64,000 nucleotides of DNA from NCBI RefSeq assembly GCF_006345805.1, contig NC_042997.1, forward strand, positions 160,518,001 to 160,582,000, given 5' to 3'. The position numbers were made by a program, and so were the translations under genes. Positions within the stretch are counted from its first letter, which is position 1. Every line of letters starts with the position of its first letter. The notes beneath the pieces are model-generated. The model did not search any database. It saw only the letters and a list, made by a program, of their open reading frames with translations, and had not been told where the DNA came from. Positions 49,484-63,144 of the stretch are shown piece by piece. The DNA is from Octopus sinensis (Eukaryota).

Positions 49484-51384
49484 GTGAGTATTTTCCCCTT
49501 TTTAATATACATATTGGGCATATCATTACTTTTTCTTTCACTTAATGTTAAACCTTCTGTTCTTATTGAAAACGATATTTGTTGTCTCAGAGAAATTTTA
49601 CTGGTATTTCTAGTAGGTCAAGTGATGAAATAGAAGTTCTCCTTTTGGATCGTGTTACACATTTTGTTCAAGAATAATTATTCTTATCGTCATAATCTCT
49701 ATAATTGGTAATGTATGCAGGTCTATGTAACCTTGTATTTCTTTCTGAGACAGTAGAATATTTATTTGAAGACGATTTTGATGTAGCCACATAGAGTCCG
49801 TCTTTAGGCTCGTTTTGCGCAAGTGTCTATATATGAGTGATACCGTGTGCGTTTGTGTAGAGATGGGCTTTTTTGTGTTAATATGTAAAATATATTCTGG
49901 CTGTATACTTTAAAAAAATATCACTTTTGTGTTTATAGATTTATTCAATGTGCCCAAAAGAAAATGGTTTTATTATCATGTACGATCACTGGTATGGAGA
50001 GATAAGACGTGCCTTCTGGAAATGTATATCAAAATACTACAGTGTTATGAAATATGTATCACGAAAGCCATTGGATGAAGAAGGCTTTTCTCTAATCAAT
50101 GTATTAAATCAGTGTCTTTCAAACTGAACAATGGAAAAAAGTGTATGGCTTCACGAAATACGGTGTCTTTGGTAAAAAAATGAATAAAAGTATAATTTAT
50201 TTAAATAAAAACGCTATTCATAATTTTCAAAAATGACAAATTTTCCATATTTTTTCTACGATCATCTTCTCTCGCCATAAGTCTTGCTTCATTTAATGTC
50301 GTGTTAATAGTGTAGTAGCAACAGGAATCGTTCGTAAAATGACTCAGTCGACATTTTAAAAATATCGTATAAAAAATAAGTTTGAGAGCCTCTGAAAGAT
50401 ACGTCTTGCTGCTATATTTACAAGAATTCATACAACTACATATAGAAATGTTTTCTGCGTCATTTGATATTACTTAATTTAATAGTGGCAGGGCTGCTTG
50501 TAAAACAATGAATGATACCAACTATAATCGGCACTTTGAAGGGCATGTATATACATAAGCATTTTGCTCTTGTTAATTTGAGGAAAAGTAATGAATTAAT
50601 TTTTTTGTTTCATTCTTTAATTGCAATGTATTCTTAATGTTCCCGTGATTGCAGCAGAACCAGTAATATCCCTCACTGAGTTTTTCACATTTTCTTTCCA
50701 TATACTTATTTCAGAATAAATTAAGTTACATGTGACTGTTGTTCTATTTGTTAAGGCTAAGTTCAACCCTGATCGAACTATGATCAAAGACATTTCCACC
50801 GAATGTATGTATGCATGTATGTATGTATGTATGTATGTATGTATGTATGTATGTATGTATGTATGTATGTATGCATGCATGTATGTATGTATGTATGTAT
50901 GTATGCATGCATGCATGCATGCATGCATGTATGTATGTATGTATGTATGTATGTTTGTATGTATGTGTGAGTATGTATGTATGTTTGTATGTATGTATGT
51001 ATCTATCTATTTATATATCTATATACTTTCGCACCTACATACATGCTCACGGCATGTATGTATGTAACTATATGTATGTGCGTATGTATATATTATGTTC
51101 AGTCTGCAGATTCAAAACCCTTGCCGTTATGGTAGTTCGTACGTCACATTCCAACCGTATTTTTCTTTCTCTCTCTCTCTTTCACTTTTATCTCTGTCTT
51201 TCTTGTATCCTGCTCATAAACTCTTCTTCATTAATACCTTATCTCAGTAACTCCCTTTTTGTACCTCTTCACACGTTTTTACCAACTTTACTTCTAGTCC
51301 TACGAAAGGAACGCCTCAGTTTGAGATCGAGGAACTAACATCATAGCGACTAAACGAAAGATTTGATCGCATTACGTACATTTA

Positions 51385-51461
<77 letters not shown>

Positions 51462-51474
51462 ATCTATCTATCTA

Positions 51475-51507
<33 letters not shown>

Positions 51508-51536
51508 GTATGTATGTATGTATGTATGTATGTATA

Positions 51537-51795
51537 AAAGGTAAAGACCCCCTTCGGTCATGAATGACCATGGGATTGCACCTAGAAAGTTACCCTCCTA
51601 GACACAAGTCTGGGCAAGGTTGTTTTTTCTTTTTTTTTATGGAAGACCAGCAGTCGCCCATGCATACCAGCCTCCCCTTCCACGCCACCAGTGTTATCCA
51701 AGGGAAAGACAAAGGTCGATACAGCTTGGCACCAGTGACGTCGCAACTCATTTCTACAGCTGAGTGAACTGGAGCAACGTGAAATAAAGTGCCTT
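51537..51795 (-). mobile_element. tRNA-derived SINE, third family, 5'-truncated
   Basis: Homologous to 44530-44770. Confidence 0.7.
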
Positions 51796-51913
51796 GAACT
51801 CTAATTCTACGCAAATCTTGCGGGTGCCGCTGATATAGAAAGTTCTCAGTCTTACCGTTAAAGGCACTCCTTCTCTTCTATCTGCTGCCTACAATTATGT
51901 ATATATATATATG

Positions 51914-51951
<38 letters not shown>

Positions 51952-52029
51952 ATAATACAGTGATTGTTTCTTATCAGGAACAAAATGTTTAATAGGACTG
52001 CTATAGAAGTGCTCAATTGAATGAGACAA

Positions 52030-53228
52030 ATATATTAAACTAAAGTTATAGAATAAACAAATGCAAGGTCATCCAATAACATTTCATAACTCGAACATTT
52101 AATCATAGAATATACATTTAGACATCACGGAAGATGGAATATAATTCATCTGTACAAGCTTATAAGAAAGTGCGAGAAAAATGTTTGAATATATGTGAAT
52201 ACAGTTCATCACGGTTAAAAGTTAATACTTTAGCGATTAAGAAAAATATATTTAAAAAAAAAACCCATTACAACACCTAGAAGGTAAAATGTAAAAATAT
52301 AGTATAAAGTAATATATAAATATATAGGTATATAAAAATATATAAAAATATATAAATATAGGAAGCAAATAAAAATATATAATATATAATGCAAAATAAA
52401 ATAAAGGTTCATCGTTTAGAAAATCTTATAAAATTACTTATCGAATAAGAGAGGCCTTATAGTTAAAAAAGAGGAAACCATATTTACTAAATTCCCTATG
52501 GCTATTTCAGGGGTATATTATTGTGTTTAAAGCACTAGGGTGCATCACGCTAATAACTCCTTCGTCAGGGGAAAAAATAGAGATACAGACATCATCGCGT
52601 AGCAGGCTTAACATAATATTGTGTGTTTTCTTATTGAAGCAGTCATGCTCAGACGAGCCCAGAAGAAAGAATTAAAGCAGTAAAAAAATTTATTTTATAT
52701 AAAGCTGTAGAAAAGTAAAGCAGTAAAAAAAAATGGGTGTACTAAATTATATTAAATTAAATTAAATTGAACCTCCGTGGTGTCAAACCCTATAAGTTCT
52801 AAACTATTTACTTTCTACGACTTATTTTATTTCTATACACTTTTAAAGCCCAGAAGAAAGAATTAAAGCAGTAAAAAAATTTATTTTATATAAAGCAGTA
52901 GAAAAGTAAAGCAGTAAAAATAAACGGGTGTATTAAATTAAATTAAATTAATTGAACCTTATTTTACATTATATATTATATATTTTTATTTGCTTACTAT
53001 ATTTTTTTTTTAAATATATTTTTCTTAATCGCTAAAGTATTAACTTTTAACCGTGATGAACTGTATTCACGTATATTCAAACATTCTTTCTCGCACTTTC
53101 CTATATGCTTGTACAGATGAATTATATTCCATCTTCCGTGATGTCTAAATGTATATTCTATGATTAAATGTTCGAGTTATGAAATGTTATTGGATGACCT
53201 TGCATTTGTTTATTCTATAACTTTAGTT

Positions 53229-53236
<8 letters not shown>
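52030..53236. repeat. 1.2-kb foldback element with internal direct repeat
   Basis: Inverted arms 52030-52410 and 52954-53236 (left arm ~100 bp longer); direct repeats 52656-52774 and 52847-52959; near (TA)n on both sides. Confidence 0.85.
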
Positions 53237-53304
<68 letters not shown>

Positions 53305-53915
53305 ATATATATATAATTCAAACATAAAAGAGATATCCTATTCATCATGTATCTCTTTTAGGTTTGAATGTACACTGTATTATTCTCTGAATAATATATA
53401 GTCTATTGACTAATTTTTTCTTGCTAGACCACTGGTAGCTAAGAATTTTTCGATAAATATTCTTGTTACACTAAGTTTTTAATTAATGATATATATACAT
53501 ACATAAATACATACATACATAAATATGTACATCAGTGTTCATTGAGGAGGTGGAGAGAGAGAGAGAGTTTGAGTGTGATGAGAGAGGGTTTTCTTGCAAT
53601 TTGAAGGAATTCTGAAAAGTTTCTGGCTTAAGGGTTTCGAGTAAGGCCTAGTTGGAGGACCAAGCTTCCGAGTTCTTTTACCGGTGTTACAATAACCGAA
53701 GAACCACTGCAATCCTCCTGTATTTTCTGTTACTCAAATCCACAAACTTTTCAACATCCCCTCGTAAATTGTCAAACGCATCAGCGAATAAAATTATGGA
53801 AGTGTGTTGGTGAGAAACGAAAAAAGTTCAAAATTTGGATGAGCGTCAGATAAACAGAATCTTCTGATCCCATTTCATTAAAGTAGTCTTAGGAGTTAAG
53901 ACCGTTGGAAAAATA

Positions 53916-53959
<44 letters not shown>

Positions 53960-54270
53960 CGGGAAGCTTTATGAAAATAGACAAAAGACGAAGGCAGGTG
54001 GAAAACAAACAAACAATTGTATTAGTATGGCGCTCAGGAAATATAAATAAAACAAGTCTTTAACGTTTCGAGCAAGTTCAAGGTTGAAAGTTCAAGGTGA
54101 GAAATGTGTAGACGTCGTGGTATTTTTTAAGGATTTCACATCAATGCAAAGTCACTTTGATATATATATATGCACACACAGACATATACATACCAGTGGT
54201 CATAGAGGAAGTGAAAGAAAGCAAGAAAGAGAGGTGGAGAGAGATTATTTTAAGCTGAGAGTTTTCATCA

Positions 54271-54315
<45 letters not shown>

Positions 54316-54429
54316 GTAGAATATAATAGTACCGTGGAACCATTGTTAAAATATACAAAGAAGGTCGGCGTCATCAAATCTGAAAATTGTGTAATAAAAG
54401 AAAATTTAAACAAGAAATCAACAGAAAAA

Positions 54430-54870
54430 AAGAAAATTTATAGAAGAAAAAATGTACGGTCACTTTGCAAGAGATGTGATCGCGAAGACAGATATAGAGG
54501 ACCGGTGGCTATGGATGAGCTGGTGTGACCTTATGACAGAACATAGGCACTCATGTGTGCAATTCAAGAGCAAGCGTTAAGGACCAACTATGTAAAGTGC
54601 AGAATAGACAACACTACCGACCGCGCGACAAATGTAGACTTTGTAGTGAATGGGTGAAACGGTATGGCACATCAATAGTGAGTGCTCAAATTTGACACAA
54701 CGCGAATACAAAAGACGCCATGACAATGTGGCCAGAATGATCCATTGGGAGCTTTGTGGAAATCACAGCCTACGAAGAGCAGAGACTTGTTGTGAGAAAA
54801 CCACAAGAGTCAACGAGAAAGAAAATTGTAAATCCTGTGGGATGCAGTGATCCAGTGCAGTCTCCTGACC
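54430..54870 (+). mobile_element. R4/Dong C-terminal fragment
   Basis: QEQALRTNYVK, ETVWHINSEC, EYKRRHDNVARMIHWELC. Confidence 0.75.
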
Positions 54871-54879
54871 AAATATCGG

Positions 54880-55730
54880 AAATCGGACATTTCCCCCCAT
54901 GGATCTTTTCTTTGTCACTCCCATTACATTTCCTTTTCTTGACATCAACACCCACGTTTTCTGCTACAACAATACTTGCTGCCTTAATCAAATTATTTGT
55001 TTCTGTGATGTTCTTTGTTATGATGGATTTCAGAATTTCATTGACATTTATCGTTTCTTGGTTCAATTTCCACCGATCAACCTGTTTAAGGTTGCAAATA
55101 ATGACGCAGTCGTTTTCCTGTAGTCTTGACTTTATTCTTTCGTAGATTGCGTTTTGTTCATCTGTCATGTCAACATTAGTTTTATTGTCTTCTTTCAGAT
55201 AATTTATATGTCTCTCATCAAGTAAGCTACCACTGCTCCTTTCCTGTGCTGTGAGATTACTTTTATTAGTAAGAACTGTATTTTCATCATTATCTCTGCT
55301 GCTATATTCCAATACACGTCTTTTGATAGCTTCGAGCTCTACTTTTGTGAACCAACGATTTTTCTTATTGCTCTAGCTTGATCACATAATCTCTGTTCCG
55401 TAAGTTGAATAATCCCTTTCCTCTCCAATGATCGTACATACGTTGTCGGTAACCCCTAATTTGTGCACCATTTTCATCTAACGGGTTGCTTAGGTAGTAA
55501 CACTCCATGACAACAGCATAATTTGTTTGCTCCATCTACGCCGTGTGTGGTGATCTCTTTCTGGATACCAACAGGCTGGAGCCGGACAAGAATCTCTGAT
55601 CTTGCCGGGTGCAACACTGTCACCAACAATGGCTTCAGTTTCATTGCCACCGTTATTCAAAATATTTTGTTTTTTCATTGTCACTCATATAAGGTAGCGA
55701 TTATTAGGTTGCGCCATTACCAGTGTTTTT
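54880..55730 (-). mobile_element. R4/Dong 5' fragment (family of 12506-13995)
   Basis: Colinear with ~12506-13320 in reverse orientation. Confidence 0.8.
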
Positions 55731-55874
55731 ATTGTGATACTAATAATAGAGGTATCATAAATCAGGACATGGGGAGATTCCACTCGCTTCCTTTCATTAT
55801 TATCATTGTCATAATCACTGATATCACTGATAGTTTTGATCTTACTTTTTTTACTATTTGTAAAATAGTAAAAA

Positions 55875-55955
<81 letters not shown>

Positions 55956-55961
55956 TACTAC

Positions 55962-56015
<54 letters not shown>

Positions 56016-56039
56016 CATTATTATTATTATTATTATCTT

Positions 56040-56720
56040 TTTTCTTTCCTTCTTCAAATTTTCTTCCGTTTCTTGCCGAGTGTTTTCCATACACCTAGGG
56101 CAGAAGGGCATTGTATGCATTCCCAGATAAATTCACAGATAAAATATATATCGAAAAATTAATAATAATAAATTCATGCATGGATGTTATTCTCACAGCG
56201 ATAGTGCTCTTCTCAATACATTGCCGTTCCAGTTAATACGATTTTTTGCACTCCTGTAGGGATGGTATTCCTGAAAACATTTTCAAATAGTTTCAGTACC
56301 TTTTTTTATCATTCCTAGAGATCCTACAATCACTGGTACTGTAGTCACCTTGAGATGCCACATTTTTTCAGTTTCTGTTTGCAGGTCTTTATATTTACTA
56401 ATCTTGTCAAATTCTTTCGCCGCTATATTGTGATCACAGGGAATACTCATGTCAATTATTAAAACATCCTTTTTGTCTGATCTTTTATAATGATATCCGG
56501 TTTATTAGCTTTATAGTCCTGTAGGTCTGCACGGGGAAGTCCCATAGAATCGACAAATTTTCTCCCCAGTCACAGCTTCAGGATGATGTTTATACCATTT
56601 ATCAGCGGTTTTGATCTTATAATGCCGACATATTGTCCAAAGTAAATACTGGCCGACTCTGTCATGTCTTGCTTTATATTCTGCTGGTGCTAAGACTCTA
56701 CACCCTGAGATTAGGTGGTC
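56040..56720 (-). mobile_element. R4/Dong 3' fragment (family of 4325-5470)
   Basis: Similar 3' UTR (TTCTTGCCGAGTGT...CCTAGGGCA) and REL region; (TTA)n on both sides. Confidence 0.8.
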
Positions 56721-56753
56721 TTTATATTATTATTATTATTATTATTATTATTC

Positions 56754-56792
<39 letters not shown>

Positions 56793-56793
<1 letters not shown>

Positions 56794-57330
56794 GAGTGAG
56801 AGAGCAGTGCATGCCATCAAAGTGACACTGGGGTAAAATATACGAAGCCCAGCATACCCATCATGACTACCCGTCTGATAAGGGTACACCAGGCACATGC
56901 ATCACAACCATATGTGCGCGACATAAACAGCACATGACCTTGTAGGTGGGGCCCAGTTAGAATTTTCTTCAGGTCGAGTAGCCCATCCTGCTCAAAAGGT
57001 CCCTGAATAAGGGCTGCATTAGGATGTTGAACGAAACACCTATGTTTCCAGAGGTGAATTATTCAAACTCCAAAGAATCCCTCTCAACACATGGTTATGA
57101 TGCTCCCCCACTACTTCTGCTCGTGATCAGAGATGCACGTATTGTCAGCCACTAAGGGACATGCTCAACTGGTTAAGGTCAAACAACCGACAAGCAAATC
57201 TGTGGTATTGAGCAGAATATTTGCTGTAGCCCATCTTTTATACCAAGACAAAACAATGTACATGATGACACTTCCAATCAGTTAAGATCAGAAGCCATGA
57301 GAGCCACTGCCTGGTACTGCATCAGGGCAT
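56793..57330 (-). mobile_element. Full-length 538-bp non-autonomous TAA-array element
   Basis: Same two ends as 60323-60860; bounded by TTA repeats; no ORF. Confidence 0.85.
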
Positions 57331-57344
57331 CTTATTATTATTAT

Positions 57345-57586
57345 TGAGTGAGAGAGCAGTTCATGCCATCAAAGTGACACTGGGGTAAAATATACGAAGC
57401 CCAATATACCCATCATGACTACCCGTCTGATAAAGGTACACCAGGCACATGCTTCACAACCATATGTGCGCAACATGGTGATCTCATATCAAGATAAACA
57501 GCACATGACCTTGCAGGTGGGGCCCAGTTAGAATTTTCTTCAGATTGAGTAGCCCATCCCGCTCAAACGGTCCCTGAATAAGGTTG
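57345..57586 (-). mobile_element. 5'-truncated copy of the TAA-array element
   Basis: Keeps the TGAGTGAGAGAGCAG end only. Confidence 0.8.
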
Positions 57587-57640
57587 TATTATTATTATTA
57601 TTATTATGTTATTATTATTATATTATTATTATTAATTTTA

Positions 57641-57678
<38 letters not shown>

Positions 57679-57744
57679 TATCATTATATTATTATTATTA
57701 TTATCATTATTATTATTATTATTATTATTATTAATAAATTATTA

Positions 57745-58050
57745 TTCAGTAGTTTTATTTTTATAGCGTGCTTTCACTTCACTACCGAGCGCAGCTCTGT
57801 GTGCTTGGGTATGTTGCTGATTTGTTATGATGCTCTGATGGTTATTGTTTGGAAGTGTTCTGCGTAGGATGTGTGCAGTGCCTAGTAGTGCAATTTTTGT
57901 ATGATATGTGTTTGTAAGTCCTGGTGTTTTTGTTATGTATTTGTCTGAATATTTTTTTATCATGCCTAATGCACCTACTATGATAGGAATTGTTTCTGTT
58001 TTCAGATTCCACATTCTAGTTACCTCTATTTCCAGGTCTTTGTATTTTGA
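57745..58050 (-). mobile_element. Short R4/Dong 3' end (third 3'-UTR family)
   Basis: EKLSKYKDLEIEVTRMW...ALLGTAHILRR; matches ~58262-58570. Confidence 0.85.
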
Positions 58051-58059
58051 GAGTTTCTC

Positions 58060-58128
<69 letters not shown>

Positions 58129-58154
58129 TTATTATTATTATATTTTTTATTATA

Positions 58155-58206
<52 letters not shown>

Positions 58207-58261
58207 GTTATTATTATTATTATTATTATCATTATTATTATTTTATTATTATTATTATCAT

Positions 58262-60206
58262 TCAGTAGTTTTATTTTTATAGCGTGCTTTCACTTCACTA
58301 CCGAGCGCAGCTCGTGTGCCTTAGGTATGTGCTGTGATTGTTGTGATGCTCTGATGGATATTGTATGGAAAGTGTTCTGCGTAGGATGTGTGCTGTGCCT
58401 AGTAGTGCAATTTTCTGTATGTTATATGTGTTTGTAAGTCCTGGTGTTTTTGTTATGTATTTGTCTGAATATTTTTTTATCATGCCTAATGCACCTACTA
58501 TGATAGGAATTGTTTCTGTTTTCAGATTCCACATTCTAGTTACCTCTATTTCCAGGTCTTTGTATTTTGAAGTTTCTCCATTTCTTTTAGAGACACGTTG
58601 TCATCTGCCGGTATTGATACATCAATTAGGAAGCATCTTTTTTCTTCATGATCTCTGACAACTATATCTGGTGTGTTGGACTTAATTTCTCTATCTGTGT
58701 GTATCGGCATATCCCAGAGTATGGTTGCTTTCTCGTTTTCTGTAACCTTTTCTGGTGTGTGCCTATACTATCTTTTTTCTGTTGTTATTCCATAATGTTG
58801 GCATAGCTTCCAGTGTATGAAGGTTCCAACTCTGTCATGTCTGTGATATATTCCTTCTTAGCCAGGACTGGGCAGCCAGAGATAATATGATTTATTGTTT
58901 CTTGTCCATCTCCACATATTCTGCAGTTACTTGTTATATTTCTTTTCATTACATGGTTTTTGGTAATTCTGGTGAGGAGGCTTTGGTCTTGTGCTGCAAT
59001 TAAAAATCCTCTGTCTCTGCTTTGAGTCCTGAGCTTCTCAACCATTGCTGGGATTTTTCTTTGTCTATTTCTTTGCGTTAAGTTTAGTCCAGTATTTCCA
59101 TGAAAGGGCTTTTCTTGCCATCGTTTTATCATGGTTCGTTGCTTTCTGTTTTTAGTTTGGATTTCATTTGTTTTATAGCTTTGTTGTTTCTTCATCTTCT
59201 TCTCTTCTTCATGTTTATTAGGTGGTATGATTTCTTGTTTGTATTTGTCAGCTTCCTTAAATACTGAGAACAGTTTTTTGTTTTGCTCGTGTTTTGCCGC
59301 TATTTGTATCAGTTTTCCTTCCTTCTGAAGTAGATATTTTTGCAGTCCTATGATGGTTATTTTTTAGTAGCTTTCCAGCTCAATAAGGCCTCTACCACCC
59401 TCTATACGTTGTATATATAGCCTTTCTATGTCAGATTTTGGGTGATGCATCCTAGATCCTGTCATTATTTTTCTTGTTTTCCTATCTATTTTGGTTAGTT
59501 CATTTAGTGTCCAGTTATGGATATTGTAGCTGTAACTTATAACTGGGACGGCTAAAGTGTTGATACCTATTATCTTGTTTTTAGCATTGAGCTCTGTTTT
59601 CAGTATTGATCTAACTCGTCTATAATATTCTTTTTTTAATTTTCTCTTTCATTTGTGTGTGTTGTGTCTTATCTAATTCATGGATTCCTAAGTATTTGTA
59701 AGTTTGGCTTTGGTCTAATTCTTTTATTTCATTGGTTTTATCTAGTGTGATGTTGCTACTCTTAATTAGTTTTCCTCTTTTCAGGGTTACTTTGGCGCAT
59801 TTCTATAATCCAAATTTCATATCTATTTCTTTGGTAAATCCATGAACTGTCTTTAGTAGTGTTTCCAGCTGTTTGTCATTTGTAGCGTATAGTTTTAGGT
59901 CATCCATATATAAAAGGTGGCTGATCGCTTTGCCGTAACATTTATATCCGCATCCAGTTCTGTTTAGCATATCCGATAGAGGTGACAGTGCCAAGCAGAA
60001 AAGTTGTGGAGAGAGCGTATCTCCATGGAATATTCCTCTTCTAATGGGGATGGGTTTGGTTTTCACAAGTCCCTCTTTTGTTTGGAGGTGTAGCACTGTT
60101 TGCCATTTATTCATAGAGTGTCCTATGTACTTTATAATTGTTGGTGCAACTTTTTTCATGGCTAGTGTTTCGAGAATCCATGTGTGGGGGATGCTATCAA
60201 ACGCCC
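58262..60206 (-). mobile_element. 5'-truncated R4/Dong element (RT + CCHC + REL)
   Basis: RAFDSIPH, GIFHGDTLSPQLF, HLLYMDDLKLY, GFLIAAQDQ, CRIC..H..C; both ends in (TTA)n. Confidence 0.9.
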
Positions 60207-60248
<42 letters not shown>

Positions 60249-60259
60249 TATTATTATTA

Positions 60260-60322
<63 letters not shown>

Positions 60323-60860
60323 TGAGTGAGAGAGCAGTGCATGCCATCAAAGTGACACTGGGGTAAAATATACGAAGCCCAATATACCCATCATGACTAC
60401 CCAGGCACATGCATCAAAACCATATGTGCGCGACATGGTGATCTCATATCAAGATAAACAGCACATGACCTTGCAGGTGGGGCCCAGTTAGAATTTTATT
60501 CTGGTTGAGTAGCCCATCCCGCTCAAACGGTCCCTGAATAAGGGTTGTTTAAGGATGTTGAAAGAACCACCCATGTTTCCAGAGGTGAACTATTCAAACC
60601 CCAAGAATCCCTCTCAACACATGGTTATGATGCTCCCCCGCTACTTCTGCTCGTGATCAGAGATGCACATATCGCCAGTCACTAAGGGACATGCTCAACT
60701 GGTTAAGGTCAAACAACTGACAAGCAAATTTGTGGTATTGAGCAGAATATTTGCTGTAGCCCATCTTTTATACCAAGACAAAACAATGTACATGATAACA
60801 CTTCCAATCAGTTAAGATCAGAAGCCATGAGAGCCACTGCCTGGTACTGCATCAGGGCAT
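60323..60860 (-). mobile_element. Full-length ~540-bp non-autonomous TAA-array element
   Basis: Same ends as 56793-57330; (TTA)n on both sides. Confidence 0.85.
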
Positions 60861-60925
<65 letters not shown>

Positions 60926-61380
60926 ATTATTTCTTTTTATCACAGGTTTTGTTGGAACTCCTGGAGTCTTGCATGCATTGCGGGCTTGCTAACTGAACCC
61001 TATGTTACCATACTACCCGTTTTTTCAGCTATCTAATACTTTACTGATTTATTATCATGATTATTATTATCGAGAGAGGGAACATTGCATGCTGTCCAAG
61101 TGACACTGGGGTACAAGTATACGAAGCCCAATATGCCCATCATGTTTACCCGGCTGGTAAGGATACACCAGGCACATACATCACAACCACATATGTGCGA
61201 CATGGTGACTTCTTTGGCACATGTTGTGGGCTTTGTTCAGTTGCATTGCAAGGTTTTCCTTCCATCGCACCGATTAATTTGGTTTGTGGGGAGATCTTCT
61301 TAGTGTACTTCCATGTTATTATTTAGCCCGGAGCATATTCTCCGGGAACTTAGCCCAGGACTTATTATTATTATTGTTGC

Positions 61381-61444
<64 letters not shown>

Positions 61445-61463
61445 ATTATTATTATTATTATTA

Positions 61464-61508
<45 letters not shown>

Positions 61509-61779
61509 TATTATTATTATTATTATTATATTATCACCAATAATGACAGGAATTTCTTTCATATACAATCTATTATCAATAAACTGTGTAGCGAGTAGAG
61601 AGAACTTGGGAGGGATTCGAACTCAGTAATTTAAAGCATTAAAAAATTACCACGAAGTAATTTGTCTGATGATTTACTGATTCTTCCTCCCATACTCACC
61701 AGGTCACAGATATTAGCAGTTTTTTAATGCTCACTTCATGTGGAACTAACCTCTGATCAAAATAGTTCCCAGTGTAATC

Positions 61780-62820
61780 ATTCCATTATTATTTAAAAAA
61801 GAAATCGTGTAATTTGTGTGTGGCTATACCGAACAGATGCAACGCTTGCTTAGAGTCGTTGGTTCAAAACTTACTGAGTTATACTGCGTGGCACAAAGAG
61901 TTTTGCTCGCGTATTTAAAAGAAGGGTGAAATGTTAAATAGTTTTATCTGGATAGTAGTTGGTACAAAGTGAATTGTTATTAGAGGTAGAAGAGCTAGAA
62001 GGGATTAATTAAAACGTGTAAAACACTTCAGTCGATAGTTCAAGGTCCATTAAAGAACCATTTGGCTCATATGCAGCGACAAACGTCTTGTTAATAATCT
62101 TCCTATCAAATGAGCAATACTTTACTGGAAGTTTATCAATCAGCTGTAGTTCGAAATCAAATAAAAATACATCAAAGCCACAGTGTCTTATACCGAAGTT
62201 GTCAAGACATGTAATCGTAAATGTATCATGTAAGAAATAAGGTTTCTGATAAATGTTACAATTATTAGAAATCGCAGAGTAAAAGAAAACGATACAGAAG
62301 GGAATCTTTTATAGTAAATTAGAGATGCTTGAGGTAAGAGCAATAGTCAGGATATTCGTAAGGTAGAAAGGTTGTACGATTACGCTTTAATGATGCAGTA
62401 ACCTGTCTCTATACACGTTGATTGAGAGGTGAAATGTATTATCATTAATGAGTCCAACACCAGCTCAGGAGTATTCATTTCTAACTTTGGTGCATGTACT
62501 ATCGACTCGTCACAATGTTTGAATTTTGATGAATGAGAGATTGTAAAATCCTAATAACTCTACGCATAGGAGATTTAGAGAGTGCACTCGACAAGAAAAT
62601 GCTAGAAATAGTTATCATGCATCTAAAAACAAAACTAGAGGTGAAGTGTATATTGATCCTACTTGCAAGTGTACAGTTATAAATTAGTCTCAATTGAGGT
62701 GTACTGGGTAAGAGGATATATTTCTCAATTAATTAATAGTTTAATTAAAATTACCATAAAATTACCATAGTTATCTTTTCCAAATGAACTAATACATGAA
62801 ACATATTTTACTTGTCTTCC
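61780..62820 (+). repeat. Intron block paralogous to ~5940-7280
   Basis: Colinear diverged segments (e.g. TTTTGCT.GCGTATTTAAAAGAAG, GGTGTACT...GATATAT) upstream of exon 2 in both copies. Confidence 0.75.
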
Positions 62821-62825
62821 TAAAG

Positions 62826-62999
62826 CTGAATGTCCAACGTCAGCCGGCTACACTTACCAACCAGAACTGAAATTATGCTTTCGAATAGGTGAGAAAAAAA
62901 TTACATGGAATAAAGCTGCAGCCGTTTGTAACAAAGATCGAGGACAACTTATCCACATAAAAAATCTACAAATAATGGAGTACCTACTAAACGAATTCA
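62826..62999 (+). CDS. Lectin gene copy B, exon 2: N-terminal half of C-type lectin domain
   Basis: AG acceptor at 62824-62825; 174 nt encoding ECPTSAGYTYQPELKLCFRIGEKKITWNKAAAVCNKDRGQLIHIKN...; GT donor at 63000. Not in the ORF track because it lacks a start codon. Confidence 0.88.
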
Positions 63000-63075
63000 G
63001 TGCGTAACAACTTAATACCTTATTCAAACCACAAACATAACACGCTCTCTCTTTCTTTGTCTCTCTGTGTTTGTT

Positions 63076-63144
<69 letters not shown>

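Noticed and set aside
52500-52575. Minus-strand CTGACGAAGGAG as a hammerhead
   Set aside because: No GAAA or complementary stem II and stem I partners; at best a very decayed remnant.
56793-57330. snRNA, snoRNA or tRNA identity for the 538-bp element
   Set aside because: I recognised no similarity to U1-U6, U3 or a tRNA cloverleaf, and no B box.
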